Shown here in pieces: positions 1 through 8,581 of a stretch of DNA of 64,000 bases. The notes beneath the pieces are model-generated. The model ran no database searches. It was not told where the DNA came from and saw only the letters and a list, made by a program, of their open reading frames with translations. This stretch comes from an uncultured Flavobacteriales bacterium (lineage in GTDB: Bacteria > Bacteroidota > Bacteroidia > Flavobacteriales > BACL11). The stretch's first letter is position 1; each line of letters begins with the position of its first letter. The position numbers were made by a program, and so were the translations under genes. The stretch covers positions 14,456 to 78,455 of the forward strand of contig CAJWRW010000001.1 of NCBI GenBank assembly GCA_913046315.1. The letters are read 5' to 3'.

Positions 1-67
1 TCTCAATAAAAGTGGCATAACCAATAGCAAAAGCAAAAGCAAACAGTAAAATTGCCGCAAATTTCAT
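1..67 (-). CDS. N-terminal fragment of a signal-peptide protein (gene runs off the left edge)
   Basis: Reverse strand from 67 reads ATG AAA TTT GCG GCA ATT... = MKFAAILLFAFAFAIGYATFIE. This is a hydrophobic, signal-like N-terminus. Only 22 codons are visible. Confidence 0.3.
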   Translation of the reverse strand, partial: MKFAAILLFAFAFAIGYATFIE

Positions 68-126
68 CGAACATAAAAAGTTGAAAAGTCTATTAATCAT
101 TTGGAAATTATTAGTTTGCAAAATTA

Positions 127-134
127 TAATTTTG
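127..134 (+). promoter_or_regulatory. candidate Bacteroidota -7 box (TAATTTTG)
   Basis: Matches TAnnTTTG 32 nt upstream of the ATG at 166. A TTTG at 100-103 lies 23 nt further upstream, slightly long for a -33 element. Confidence 0.3.
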
Positions 135-165
135 TTTGCTTAATCAACTATTTTCGCTTTAAATT

Positions 166-897
166 ATGCAGAAGATTGTATTAATAGGGTCAGGGAATGT
201 GGCGCATCATTTGGCGCAAGCTTTATATGATGCTGGACATCAAATTCTGCAAGTAATTAGCAAAAACAAAGCTAATGCTTCAGCATTGGCTCAAAAAGTA
301 AATGCAGATTTCGAATCAGATTTAGGAAAAATAAAAAGAGCTGATTTTGCTATTGTAGCTGTAAATGATGATGCAATTGCTGAAGTTGCAAGTAAAATAA
401 AAAAGTTGCCAGTAGCACACACTTCTGGAAGTGTAAGTGTGGAAAATACAGCTGTATTTTATCCAGTGCAAACTTTTAGCAAAGGTATTTCTTTAGAGTT
501 AAAAGAAGTACCTTTTTGTGTTTCATCTCAAGACAAAGCATTTGAAAAAACTCTAATACAAGTTGCTAAAAGCATTTCAAACAAGGTATTTAAAATTAAG
601 GAAAAGCAGAGAAAAGTTTTGCATTTAGCAGCAGTTTTTGCCTGTAATTTCACTAATCAGATGTATACGATTGCAGAGCAGCTGTTGGTAGAATCAGCTT
701 TGGATTTTGAGATACTAAAGCCTTTAATTGCTGAAACAGCAAACAAAATACAAGCTAATGACCCACAAAATGCGCAAACTGGCCCTGCTAAACGAAAGGA
801 TTTACAAACTATAACTAATCACATAGCTTTACTAGAAGATAAAGATCTAATAGATGTTTACAAATTGATTAGCAATCAAATTCTAAAACAAGAGTAG
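166..897 (+). CDS. Rossmann-fold NAD(P)-binding oxidoreductase-like protein (DUF2520-type)
   Basis: N-terminal dinucleotide-binding motif IGSGNVAHHLA. The overall layout resembles the Rossmann plus DUF2520 proteins common in Bacteroidota. Family assigned from memory, not searched. Confidence 0.6.
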   Translation: MQKIVLIGSGNVAHHLAQALYDAGHQILQVISKNKANASALAQKVNADFESDLGKIKRADFAIVAVNDDAIAEVASKIKKLPVAHTSGSVSVENTAVFYPVQTFSKGISLELKEVPFCVSSQDKAFEKTLIQVAKSISNKVFKIKEKQRKVLHLAAVFACNFTNQMYTIAEQLLVESALDFEILKPLIAETANKIQANDPQNAQTGPAKRKDLQTITNHIALLEDKDLIDVYKLISNQILKQE

Positions 898-898
898 C

Positions 899-1885
899 AT
901 GCAAAAATTGACAGCCTTTTTTCAGCTCATTCGCTACAAGAATTTATTGATAGTTGCGCTTAGTCAGTATTTTATTCGTTTCTCATTAACAGAAACATTT
1001 TTGCCTTTCCCTGCACTTTCAAAATTTCAATTTTTACTGTTTGTAATTACTACTATTTTAATTACTGCTGCTGGTTATATTGTCAATGATATTTATGATG
1101 TTGAAACCGATACTATAAATAAAAAGAAGCATTTGATAATTGGGCAGATAATAAACGTCAAAACAGCAGTTATATGGTATTCCATTTGTAATCTTATTGC
1201 ACTCGCAGTAGGGATTTATTTGTCAATAATTATTGATAAACCACTTTATAGCTTGGTTTTTGTTTATTGCATTTTCTTTTTGTGGCGCTATTCTAAATCC
1301 ATGAAAACAGGATTTTTAATTGGCAATCTACATGTGGCTATCCTTACGGCTTTGGTTTTTATCAATACGGCACTTTTTGATATTATTCCTCACATTCACT
1401 ATTCTGGAAATGAAAGTGGTATGATGATTCTTAAAATCATTTTAGTTTATGCAATTTTCTCATTTTTACTTACTTTGATTAGAGAGTTTATAAAAGATTT
1501 GGAAGATAAAGAAGGCGATATTGCCATAAAAGCCAAAACAGTTGCTATAGTGTTAGGGGACAAAAAAACAAAAATCATTTCACTAATATTAAGCCTATTT
1601 GTAGCCGCAATTATTTTGGCTTGGCAAAATTTTCAGTATCAGATTATTTCCTTAAACAGTATAAAATGGGATGGTGAGGTTTATAAATCAGTAATCATTT
1701 GGGGGACTGACCAATTTGCCATTATTTATACTGGAATTTTACAAACAACAATTTTACTTTTCGTGATAAAACTTTACAAAGCAAAAGTCAAAAAGGACTT
1801 TTATTTCTTAAGTCAGTTTAGTAAAATTATTATGCTCTTAGGCATTTGTTCTATTCCACTTTTTACCTATTTTTATTTACTATAA
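899..1885 (+). CDS. UbiA-superfamily membrane prenyltransferase (relatives are usually annotated GGGP geranylgeranyltransferase-like)
   Basis: Polytopic hydrophobic protein. It has a first Asp-rich motif NDIYDVETD and a second acidic motif KDLEDKEGD, as in UbiA-family enzymes. Confidence 0.8.
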   Translation: MQKLTAFFQLIRYKNLLIVALSQYFIRFSLTETFLPFPALSKFQFLLFVITTILITAAGYIVNDIYDVETDTINKKKHLIIGQIINVKTAVIWYSICNLIALAVGIYLSIIIDKPLYSLVFVYCIFFLWRYSKSMKTGFLIGNLHVAILTALVFINTALFDIIPHIHYSGNESGMMILKIILVYAIFSFLLTLIREFIKDLEDKEGDIAIKAKTVAIVLGDKKTKIISLILSLFVAAIILAWQNFQYQIISLNSIKWDGEVYKSVIIWGTDQFAIIYTGILQTTILLFVIKLYKAKVKKDFYFLSQFSKIIMLLGICSIPLFTYFYLL

Positions 1886-1887
1886 GA

Positions 1888-2478
1888 ATGTTAGGAGAAA
1901 ATCTTAAAAACAAAAAAATTGTGTTGGGCTCGGCTTCTCCAAGAAGACAAGAATTATTAAAATTATTAGCAGTTGATTTTGAAATAAGGCTTAGTAATTC
2001 AGATGAACAATTTAATGAAAAACTACCTCCAGAACAAATTGCAAAATTTCTTGCCACACAAAAATCAGAAGCACTAAAAAATACAATAATAAAAAATGAA
2101 ATATTAATAACTGCAGACACCATTGTTGCTAAAGAAGACAGGATATTAAACAAGCCAAATAATGAAAAAGAGGCAGTTGAAATGCTCACGTTTTTATCTA
2201 ATGGTCGGCATCAGGTAATAACAGGCGTTTGTATATCAAGTACTGAAAAGTCAATCGCTTTTTCAGTCAATACAAAAGTGTTTTTTAAAAAGCTTTCTTC
2301 TGAAGAAATAAATTTTTACATCAAAAACTACAAACCTTTTGATAAGGCTGGCGCTTATGGTATTCAGGAGTGGATTGGGTTGATTGGAATTGAAGAAATT
2401 CAAGGATCTTACTTTAATGTGGTTGGTTTACCAATGCAAAAATTATACCAAAATCTAATACAATTTGTTGCGGACTAG
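1888..2478 (+). CDS. maf: Maf-family nucleoside triphosphate pyrophosphatase (septum formation protein Maf)
   Basis: LGSASPRRQELL and DKAGAYGIQE motifs. I chose the ATG at 1888. The ORF-track start at 1846 would add a hydrophobic, non-conserved extension overlapping the upstream gene. Confidence 0.9.
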   Translation: MLGENLKNKKIVLGSASPRRQELLKLLAVDFEIRLSNSDEQFNEKLPPEQIAKFLATQKSEALKNTIIKNEILITADTIVAKEDRILNKPNNEKEAVEMLTFLSNGRHQVITGVCISSTEKSIAFSVNTKVFFKKLSSEEINFYIKNYKPFDKAGAYGIQEWIGLIGIEEIQGSYFNVVGLPMQKLYQNLIQFVAD

Positions 2479-2498
2479 CGTTATCACCTTACATTTTG

Positions 2499-2506
2499 TA
2501 TTTTTG
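2499..2506 (+). promoter_or_regulatory. candidate -7 box (TATTTTTG) for the wza-wzc pair
   Basis: Exact TAnnTTTG match 20 nt upstream of the ATG at 2526. No well-spaced -33 TTTG. Confidence 0.3.
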
Positions 2507-2525
2507 TCGAATAAAATTCTGAATT

Positions 2526-3305
2526 ATGAAAAAAGCAAATAGCTATTTTATTTTACTGTTTCTTTTTGGGTTTCTCTTTTTGCAGTCGTGTATTCCCATG
2601 CGAAAAGTAGTTTATATGAATAACAATCCGATTACAGAAAAAGAAATCAACACCACTCCGCCAGTACATCATTTGGAAATTGGAGATGTGCTTTTTGTAC
2701 GAATTCTAAGCCAGAATAATAAAACACATGAGTTTTTCAATGTAGAGACCAATACGAATTCTTCAGGAAACCCTGCCTCAATGGCAAATCTTTATTTAAA
2801 TGGTTTTGCATTAAATAGCTTAGGGAATATTGAAGTTCCTGTAATAGGAGAGATTTATTTGCTGGGCCAAAACTTGGAGCAAGCAAAGAAATCTATCCAA
2901 AGAGTTATAAATGAGTATCTAAAAGATGCCATTGTAATTGTAAAGTTGGCTAATTTTCAAGTTACTATTTTAGGAGAGGTAAATAATGCAGGCGCTTTTC
3001 CTGTATTTAAAGAGGATTTAACCATTTTTGAAGCATTAGCTATGGCAGGTGATGTGACCGATTATGCCAATCGGCAAAAAATCAAAATAGTTAGAACTTA
3101 TAAAAACAAGAAGCAAATCAACATTGTTGATTTAACCGATCAACAATTGCTTTTGTCTGATTTTTATTATCTCAGAAATGATGATGTGATTTATGTTGAA
3201 CCATTGAAGTATCGTACATTTAGAAAATCACAATCGCAAGTATTATTGTCCGCACTTACCACTTTGGCGGTAGTGGTTAATGTATTTTTAAAAATAACAG
3301 AATAA
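2526..3305 (+). CDS. wza: polysaccharide export outer-membrane protein (Wza-like, Poly_export + SLBB)
   Basis: Lipoprotein-type signal (FLFLQSC). Core similar to Poly_export proteins (VPVIGEIYLLG, ILGEVNNAG). Sits immediately upstream of a Wzc-type kinase. Confidence 0.8.
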   Translation: MKKANSYFILLFLFGFLFLQSCIPMRKVVYMNNNPITEKEINTTPPVHHLEIGDVLFVRILSQNNKTHEFFNVETNTNSSGNPASMANLYLNGFALNSLGNIEVPVIGEIYLLGQNLEQAKKSIQRVINEYLKDAIVIVKLANFQVTILGEVNNAGAFPVFKEDLTIFEALAMAGDVTDYANRQKIKIVRTYKNKKQINIVDLTDQQLLLSDFYYLRNDDVIYVEPLKYRTFRKSQSQVLLSALTTLAVVVNVFLKITE

Positions 3306-3306
3306 A

Positions 3307-5715
3307 TTGACAGCAGATAAACATACTAATCAGCCTCAAGAAGAAACTATAGATTTAAAAGCTATCCTGCTTAAGTATGCTCATTATTGGTATTATTTTA
3401 TTATTTCTGTTCTATTTTGCCTTTTTATTGCATTCTTATATAATAGGTATTCAAAACCTATCTATAGCGTGTCGTCTACTTTACTTATTCGAGATGATAG
3501 AAATTCTCAATTAGGTGCTGAAAATTTATTAGAAGGTTTGGAAATATTTAGTGGAAAAACAAATTTAAAGAATGAGATTGCACTACTTAATTCCTACTCG
3601 ATAACAAAGCAAGTGGTGGAAGATTTGAATTTTGGAATTAGTTATTTTAAACATGGAAAAATCATCACTTCAGTTTTGTATGAAAATTTACCCTTTGTTG
3701 TTATTGTTGACTCTCTACACCCTCAAGTAACCGGAAGCGATTTTTATATAACTATACTTAATGAATCAGAGTATAATTTAGATGTCTCTGCAGATGATAG
3801 CTATGCGTATAATATAATTACGGAAAAGTTTGATAAAAGCATTCCGCTGAATGTAAAAATAGACGAAACATATAAGTTTGGTGAAGTTGTTGAGGGTCAA
3901 GGTTTTTCTTTTGTTGTTAATAAGAATAATGAGCATTTTAGATCTGTTGATTTGCTTAATGAACATAGCTATTCATTTACTATTCATAACATTACCTCAC
4001 TTGTTGATAAATATGTGCGGCTTACAACCATTAATCCTATCAATAAAGATGCGTCTGTGCTAAAGCTTAATATTAAAGGGTATTCCCCAAGAAAGAACAT
4101 TGATTATTTAAACAAACTTACAGAGGCCTATATCGGTAATGGATTAAATGAAAAAAATAAAATGGCAACCAATACGGTTGAATTTATAGAATCACAGATT
4201 ATTAATGTTAGCGATTCTTTACATCTTATAGAGTCGAGTTTGGAGAAGTTCAAATCCGAAAATCCAAATTTGGCGGTAACTTATAAAGAGTTTGGGGCAT
4301 TTTATCAAATTCAAAAGTTGTATAATGAGTTATCTGTACTTGAAACACACCATAAATATTATCAATCTTTGCTTAGATATGTAAAAGAAAACGAGAATAA
4401 TGAAAAGATTGTAGCACCTTCCACAATAGGAATAAACGATCCGCTGCTAAATAATTTGATTGTAAAACTCTCAGAATTATATGCGCAGCAAGAAGAAATC
4501 AGACTTACTTCTCAAGAAAAAAATCCAAGACTTATTTCGATAGATTCTCAAATCAGCAATCTTAAGAAGAATCTTATTGAAAATATTAAAAGTATTATTG
4601 CTTCTAATCTAATAAGTAGAAATGAGTTAAAAGCAAGAGTTAAAAGTTTTGAAACAGAAATAGAGTCCTTGCCAAAATCGGAAAGAGATTTTGTGTATTT
4701 ACAGCGAAAATTTACTTTAAGCGAGAATATTTATAAATATTTATTAGAGAAAAAAGAAGAAGCAAAAATTGCAAAAGCTGGAAATGTTGCCGATCATAAG
4801 GTAATTGATTTTGCTCGACTTGACAGCAAAGAGCCTATTTCCCCAAATAAAAAATTGGCTTATTTTATTGCACTCATTTTTGGTTTAGGTATTCCAATGA
4901 GCATTATCTCAATAAGGGACTTTTTTAATAATACCATTAGAAGTAAAACCGATCTTACAGATTCCACAGATATCCCAATTTTAGGGGTAATTGGGCATAG
5001 CGACAAACCTACAAACCTTGTCGTGCTGAACAATCCAAAATCTGCAATGTCAGAATCTTTCCGTTCAATCAGGACAAACATACAGTATTTAGCTGCTGAT
5101 AAGCAGAAAAAAGTTATTGCCATTTCTTCTTCGATAGGGGGTGAGGGAAAAACATTTTGTAGTATTAACTTGGCTTCCGTATTTGCACTTGCAGGACACA
5201 AAACAGTTCTTATTGGAGCAGATTTAAGAAAGCCAAAGATTCATGAGGATTTTGATGTTAATGAGAAAATAGGACTAAGCAGTTTTCTAATTAATAAATG
5301 CTCAGTTGATGAGGCGATTCAAAAGAGTGATGTCGAAAATATGCATATCATTACTTCGGGGCCAACTCCGCCAAATCCTGCTGAACTACTTGAAAATCCA
5401 AAAATGGAGGAACTTATAAAGGAGTTGCAAAAAACATATGCTTATGTATTTATTGACACCCCACCAATTGGTCTTGTTACAGATGGAGTACGCTTAATGA
5501 AATATGCAGATGTTAATCTCTACATAGTTCGGCATATGTATTCCAAGAAAAAGATGTTATCTATTGCTAACACATTATTTGAAAACAAAAGAGTAAATAA
5601 TTTGAATATCATTATAAATGATTTTCAACATAGCCAAAATGCATACGGCTACGGATATGGCTATGGCTATGGTGGTGAGGGTTATGGCTATTATGAGGAA
5701 GACGAAAAAATTTAG
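3307..5715 (+). CDS. wzc: chain-length determinant / bacterial tyrosine (BY) autokinase, Wzc-like
   Basis: N-terminal TM segment, long coiled-coil periplasmic region and a second TM segment. C-terminal BY-kinase has Walker A (SSIGGEGKTF), Walker A' (GADLRKPK), Walker B (VFIDTPPIG) and the Tyr-rich tail YGYGYGYGYGGEGYGYY. TTG start 1 nt after the wza stop; there is no in-frame ATG before TM1. Confidence 0.9.
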   Translation: MTADKHTNQPQEETIDLKAILLKYAHYWYYFIISVLFCLFIAFLYNRYSKPIYSVSSTLLIRDDRNSQLGAENLLEGLEIFSGKTNLKNEIALLNSYSITKQVVEDLNFGISYFKHGKIITSVLYENLPFVVIVDSLHPQVTGSDFYITILNESEYNLDVSADDSYAYNIITEKFDKSIPLNVKIDETYKFGEVVEGQGFSFVVNKNNEHFRSVDLLNEHSYSFTIHNITSLVDKYVRLTTINPINKDASVLKLNIKGYSPRKNIDYLNKLTEAYIGNGLNEKNKMATNTVEFIESQIINVSDSLHLIESSLEKFKSENPNLAVTYKEFGAFYQIQKLYNELSVLETHHKYYQSLLRYVKENENNEKIVAPSTIGINDPLLNNLIVKLSELYAQQEEIRLTSQEKNPRLISIDSQISNLKKNLIENIKSIIASNLISRNELKARVKSFETEIESLPKSERDFVYLQRKFTLSENIYKYLLEKKEEAKIAKAGNVADHKVIDFARLDSKEPISPNKKLAYFIALIFGLGIPMSIISIRDFFNNTIRSKTDLTDSTDIPILGVIGHSDKPTNLVVLNNPKSAMSESFRSIRTNIQYLAADKQKKVIAISSSIGGEGKTFCSINLASVFALAGHKTVLIGADLRKPKIHEDFDVNEKIGLSSFLINKCSVDEAIQKSDVENMHIITSGPTPPNPAELLENPKMEELIKELQKTYAYVFIDTPPIGLVTDGVRLMKYADVNLYIVRHMYSKKKMLSIANTLFENKRVNNLNIIINDFQHSQNAYGYGYGYGYGGEGYGYYEEDEKI
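5644..5694 (+). repeat. imperfect hexanucleotide (TAY GGN)n coding repeat specifying the Wzc tyrosine cluster
   Basis: tac ggc tac gga tat ggc tat ggc tat ggt ggt gag ggt tat ggc tat tat. This gives five consecutive Tyr-Gly units and then three more Tyr. Confidence 0.7.
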
Positions 5716-5791
5716 TTTTCTTAACTATCTTTTCCTATTTCTTAGAATAGGTCACTTTAATTTCAGCAGTTTTGCAAAAAATTAGGAAACC

Positions 5792-7000
5792 GTGAAAAAG
5801 ACTAAAAAAAGCCCAGCAAACAGCATACAAGATTTACAATTTTTTGGAGAATTTGGAGGCGTTAATCCTTCCATTGCTGATTCTTCTACCTTCACTTATT
5901 TAGCAGGGAAAACAATGGGTGATGTTTTTGAGGGGAATCGAGAGGGTTGTTATTTATATTCTCGCCATACTAATCCTTCTACTTGTTATTTAGGACAAGC
6001 CATTGCTCAAATGGAAGGGGTGAAAGGCGCTATTTTATCTGCATCTGGTATGGGAGCAATTACATCTACAATTTTACAATTATGCAATACAGATGATGAA
6101 ATTATAAGTAGCCGAACAATTTATGGTGGCACTTATGCCTTTATGAAAAACTACTTACAAAAATTTAATATTAAAACTACTTTTGTAAACACAACTGATT
6201 TGACTCAAATTGAGGATGCAATTACTGATAAAACGAAAGTTATTTACTGTGAGACTATGAGTAATCCTTTACTCGAAGTTTCTGATATCCAAGCAATCTC
6301 AAAAGTTGCAAAAAAAAATGGAGTAAAATTAGTAGTGGACAACACGTTTACACCAATGATTTTTTCTCCTGCAAAAATGGGAGCAGATGTAGTTGTACAT
6401 TCTTTAACCAAATTTATAAATGGAACATCTGATACAGTTGGGGGTATTATTTGCGCTGATGAGGAGTTTATTTGCGAATTAATAGATGTAAATTCTGGTA
6501 GTGCGATGTTACTGGGTCCTGTGATGGATTCCATGCGTGCTGCTAGTATTCTAAAAAACATTCGAACACTTCATTTACGCATGAAAAAGCATTCTGAAAA
6601 CGCACAATATTTGGCCGAAAAATTCCAAGCAGACGGCTTAAGGGTTATTTATCCTGGACTACAAAATCACCCGCAATATGAGATGATGAAAAACAGCATG
6701 AATGCAGGTTTTGGCTTTGGAGGTATGTTGGTAATTGATATCAAAACCAAAGAAAAAGCAAATGAGCTGATGGAAGAAATGCAGCATAATAATTTGGGTT
6801 ATTTGGCGGTGAGTTTAGGTTTTTACAAAACCTTATTTTCTTCTCCTGGATTATCAACTTCTTCCGAAATTCCAGAGAATGAAAGAGATGAAATGGGGCT
6901 TTCTGATGGTTTAGTGCGCATCTCTATTGGGCTGGACAACGATATTGAAAGAACTTACGAAAGCATGAGTGCTTCTATGAAAAAGGTTGGTGTTCTCTAA
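5792..7000 (+). CDS. Cys/Met-metabolism PLP-dependent enzyme (methionine gamma-lyase / O-acetylhomoserine sulfhydrylase family)
   Basis: PLP-lysine motif SLTKFINGTSD plus the family-typical YSRHTNPS and VVDNTF. GTG start; the next in-frame Met is 40 codons in. Confidence 0.85.
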   Translation: MKKTKKSPANSIQDLQFFGEFGGVNPSIADSSTFTYLAGKTMGDVFEGNREGCYLYSRHTNPSTCYLGQAIAQMEGVKGAILSASGMGAITSTILQLCNTDDEIISSRTIYGGTYAFMKNYLQKFNIKTTFVNTTDLTQIEDAITDKTKVIYCETMSNPLLEVSDIQAISKVAKKNGVKLVVDNTFTPMIFSPAKMGADVVVHSLTKFINGTSDTVGGIICADEEFICELIDVNSGSAMLLGPVMDSMRAASILKNIRTLHLRMKKHSENAQYLAEKFQADGLRVIYPGLQNHPQYEMMKNSMNAGFGFGGMLVIDIKTKEKANELMEEMQHNNLGYLAVSLGFYKTLFSSPGLSTSSEIPENERDEMGLSDGLVRISIGLDNDIERTYESMSASMKKVGVL

Positions 7001-7039
7001 TTAAATACTTTTTTACCTTTACCAACTGTAAATGAAAAG

Positions 7040-8470
7040 ATGAAAGATAAAAAAATACCTTATTTTCTTGCATTAGCACCAATTTTATTGCTTATTATTT
7101 TACTGGCCTACAATGTATTTTTGTATGCAGATGATTCTTTAGCTGGTGCTAATCAGTTAGCATTGATATATGCAGGTGTTTGTGCAGCAATTGTGGGATT
7201 GATTTATGGAACGGATTGGAGTGTCATTCAAAAAAGTATTCTTAAAAATGTAAAGGATAGTTCGCTTATACTTTTGCTTATTCTCCTTATTGGATCATTA
7301 TCAGGAACTTGGCTCATTAGCGGGATTATTCCTGCTATGATGTATTATGGTTTAAAACTCCTAAGTCCAGATGTTTTTTTAGTAGCTTGTTGTATAATTT
7401 GCGCTATTGTTTCTCTTGCTACAGGTAGTTCTTGGAGTACTATTGCTACTGTTGGGATTGCTCTTTTAGGTATTGGGCAAGCGCTAGGATTTTCTACAGG
7501 AATGATTGGTGGAGCGGTTATTTCAGGGGCGTATTTTGGTGATAAAATGTCACCTATGTCTGACACTACAAATGTAGCAGCAGCAGTAGCAGAAACAGAT
7601 TTATTCACTCACATTCGCTATATGATGCTCACTACAGTTCCCTCCTTTCTTATCACTCTAGTGCTGTTTTTGTTTATAGGCTTTTCTGTTGATATGCAAG
7701 AAATGCAAAATGTAAATACTTTATTGGAAGTGCTTGACAATAATTTTAATATCAACATTTGGCTGTTTTTAGTTCCTGCAATCTTGATATTTTTAATTGT
7801 AAAAAAAGTAGCAGCACTTCCGTCATTAGTAATTGCATCCTTGCTTGGAGCGCTATTTGCAGTGATTTTTCAGCCAGACATTATTACAGCATTATCAGCA
7901 GAGAGTCATTTTTCTTTCAAGGGTTCATACATGGCAATAATACAAGCAATGGCTACTGATGTTGAAATTCAAACAGACAATATGCTCATAAATGAAATTC
8001 TTACAACAGGAGGTATGTATGGGATGTTGAATACAGTATGGCTCATTATTTGCGCTATGGTTTTCAGTGGAGCTATGCAGGGCGCAGGATTATTAAAAAG
8101 AATAACTGAGCCAATCATCAGGCATGCTCAAAGTACAGGAAGCATGATCGCAACTACTGCTGGAACTTGTGTGTTTTTTAATGTAGCTACTTCTGATCAA
8201 TATCTTGCAATAGTGGTTCCTGGTAGAATGTTCGCGAACACTTATAAGGAAAAAGGTTTGTCTCCAGCAAATTTAAGCCGAACTTTGGAAGATGCAGGAA
8301 CAGTTACTTCTGTTCTTATTCCTTGGAACACTTGTGGAGCAACACAATCTGCTGTTTTAGGTGTTGCAACTTTTGCCTATTTGCCTTATTGTTTTTTTAA
8401 TATTATTAGTCCATTTATGACCATTGCTTATGCATATTTAGGAGTAAAAATAAAACACCTAAAACAATAA
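7040..8470 (+). CDS. nhaC: Na+/H+ antiporter, NhaC family
   Basis: About 12 TM segments. The sequence resembles NhaC-family antiporters throughout (GSSWSTIATVGIALLGIG, YFGDKMSPMSDTTN). Confidence 0.85.
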   Translation: MKDKKIPYFLALAPILLLIILLAYNVFLYADDSLAGANQLALIYAGVCAAIVGLIYGTDWSVIQKSILKNVKDSSLILLLILLIGSLSGTWLISGIIPAMMYYGLKLLSPDVFLVACCIICAIVSLATGSSWSTIATVGIALLGIGQALGFSTGMIGGAVISGAYFGDKMSPMSDTTNVAAAVAETDLFTHIRYMMLTTVPSFLITLVLFLFIGFSVDMQEMQNVNTLLEVLDNNFNINIWLFLVPAILIFLIVKKVAALPSLVIASLLGALFAVIFQPDIITALSAESHFSFKGSYMAIIQAMATDVEIQTDNMLINEILTTGGMYGMLNTVWLIICAMVFSGAMQGAGLLKRITEPIIRHAQSTGSMIATTAGTCVFFNVATSDQYLAIVVPGRMFANTYKEKGLSPANLSRTLEDAGTVTSVLIPWNTCGATQSAVLGVATFAYLPYCFFNIISPFMTIAYAYLGVKIKHLKQ

Positions 8471-8526
8471 ATTTTGAAAACGTAATATTTTGTGCTTTTC
8501 ATTTAAAAAGAACAAGATATAAATAG

Positions 8527-8534
8527 TATATTTG
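8527..8534 (+). promoter_or_regulatory. candidate -7 box (TATATTTG) for T9SS paralog A
   Basis: Exact TAnnTTTG match 47 nt upstream of the ATG at 8582. Confidence 0.35.
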
Positions 8535-8581
8535 TTTCCTGTAAAATTTTTAAACTCTTTTAACAACTAAAAAAATAAACA

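Noticed and set aside
5716-5791. Possible SAM or lysine riboswitches or T-box-like leaders upstream of the Met-metabolism PLP enzyme (5716-5791) and aspartate kinase (33520-33616).
   Set aside because: The gaps are only 76 and 97 nt, too short for those aptamers plus an expression platform. I could not find the conserved helices or any terminator/antiterminator hairpins.
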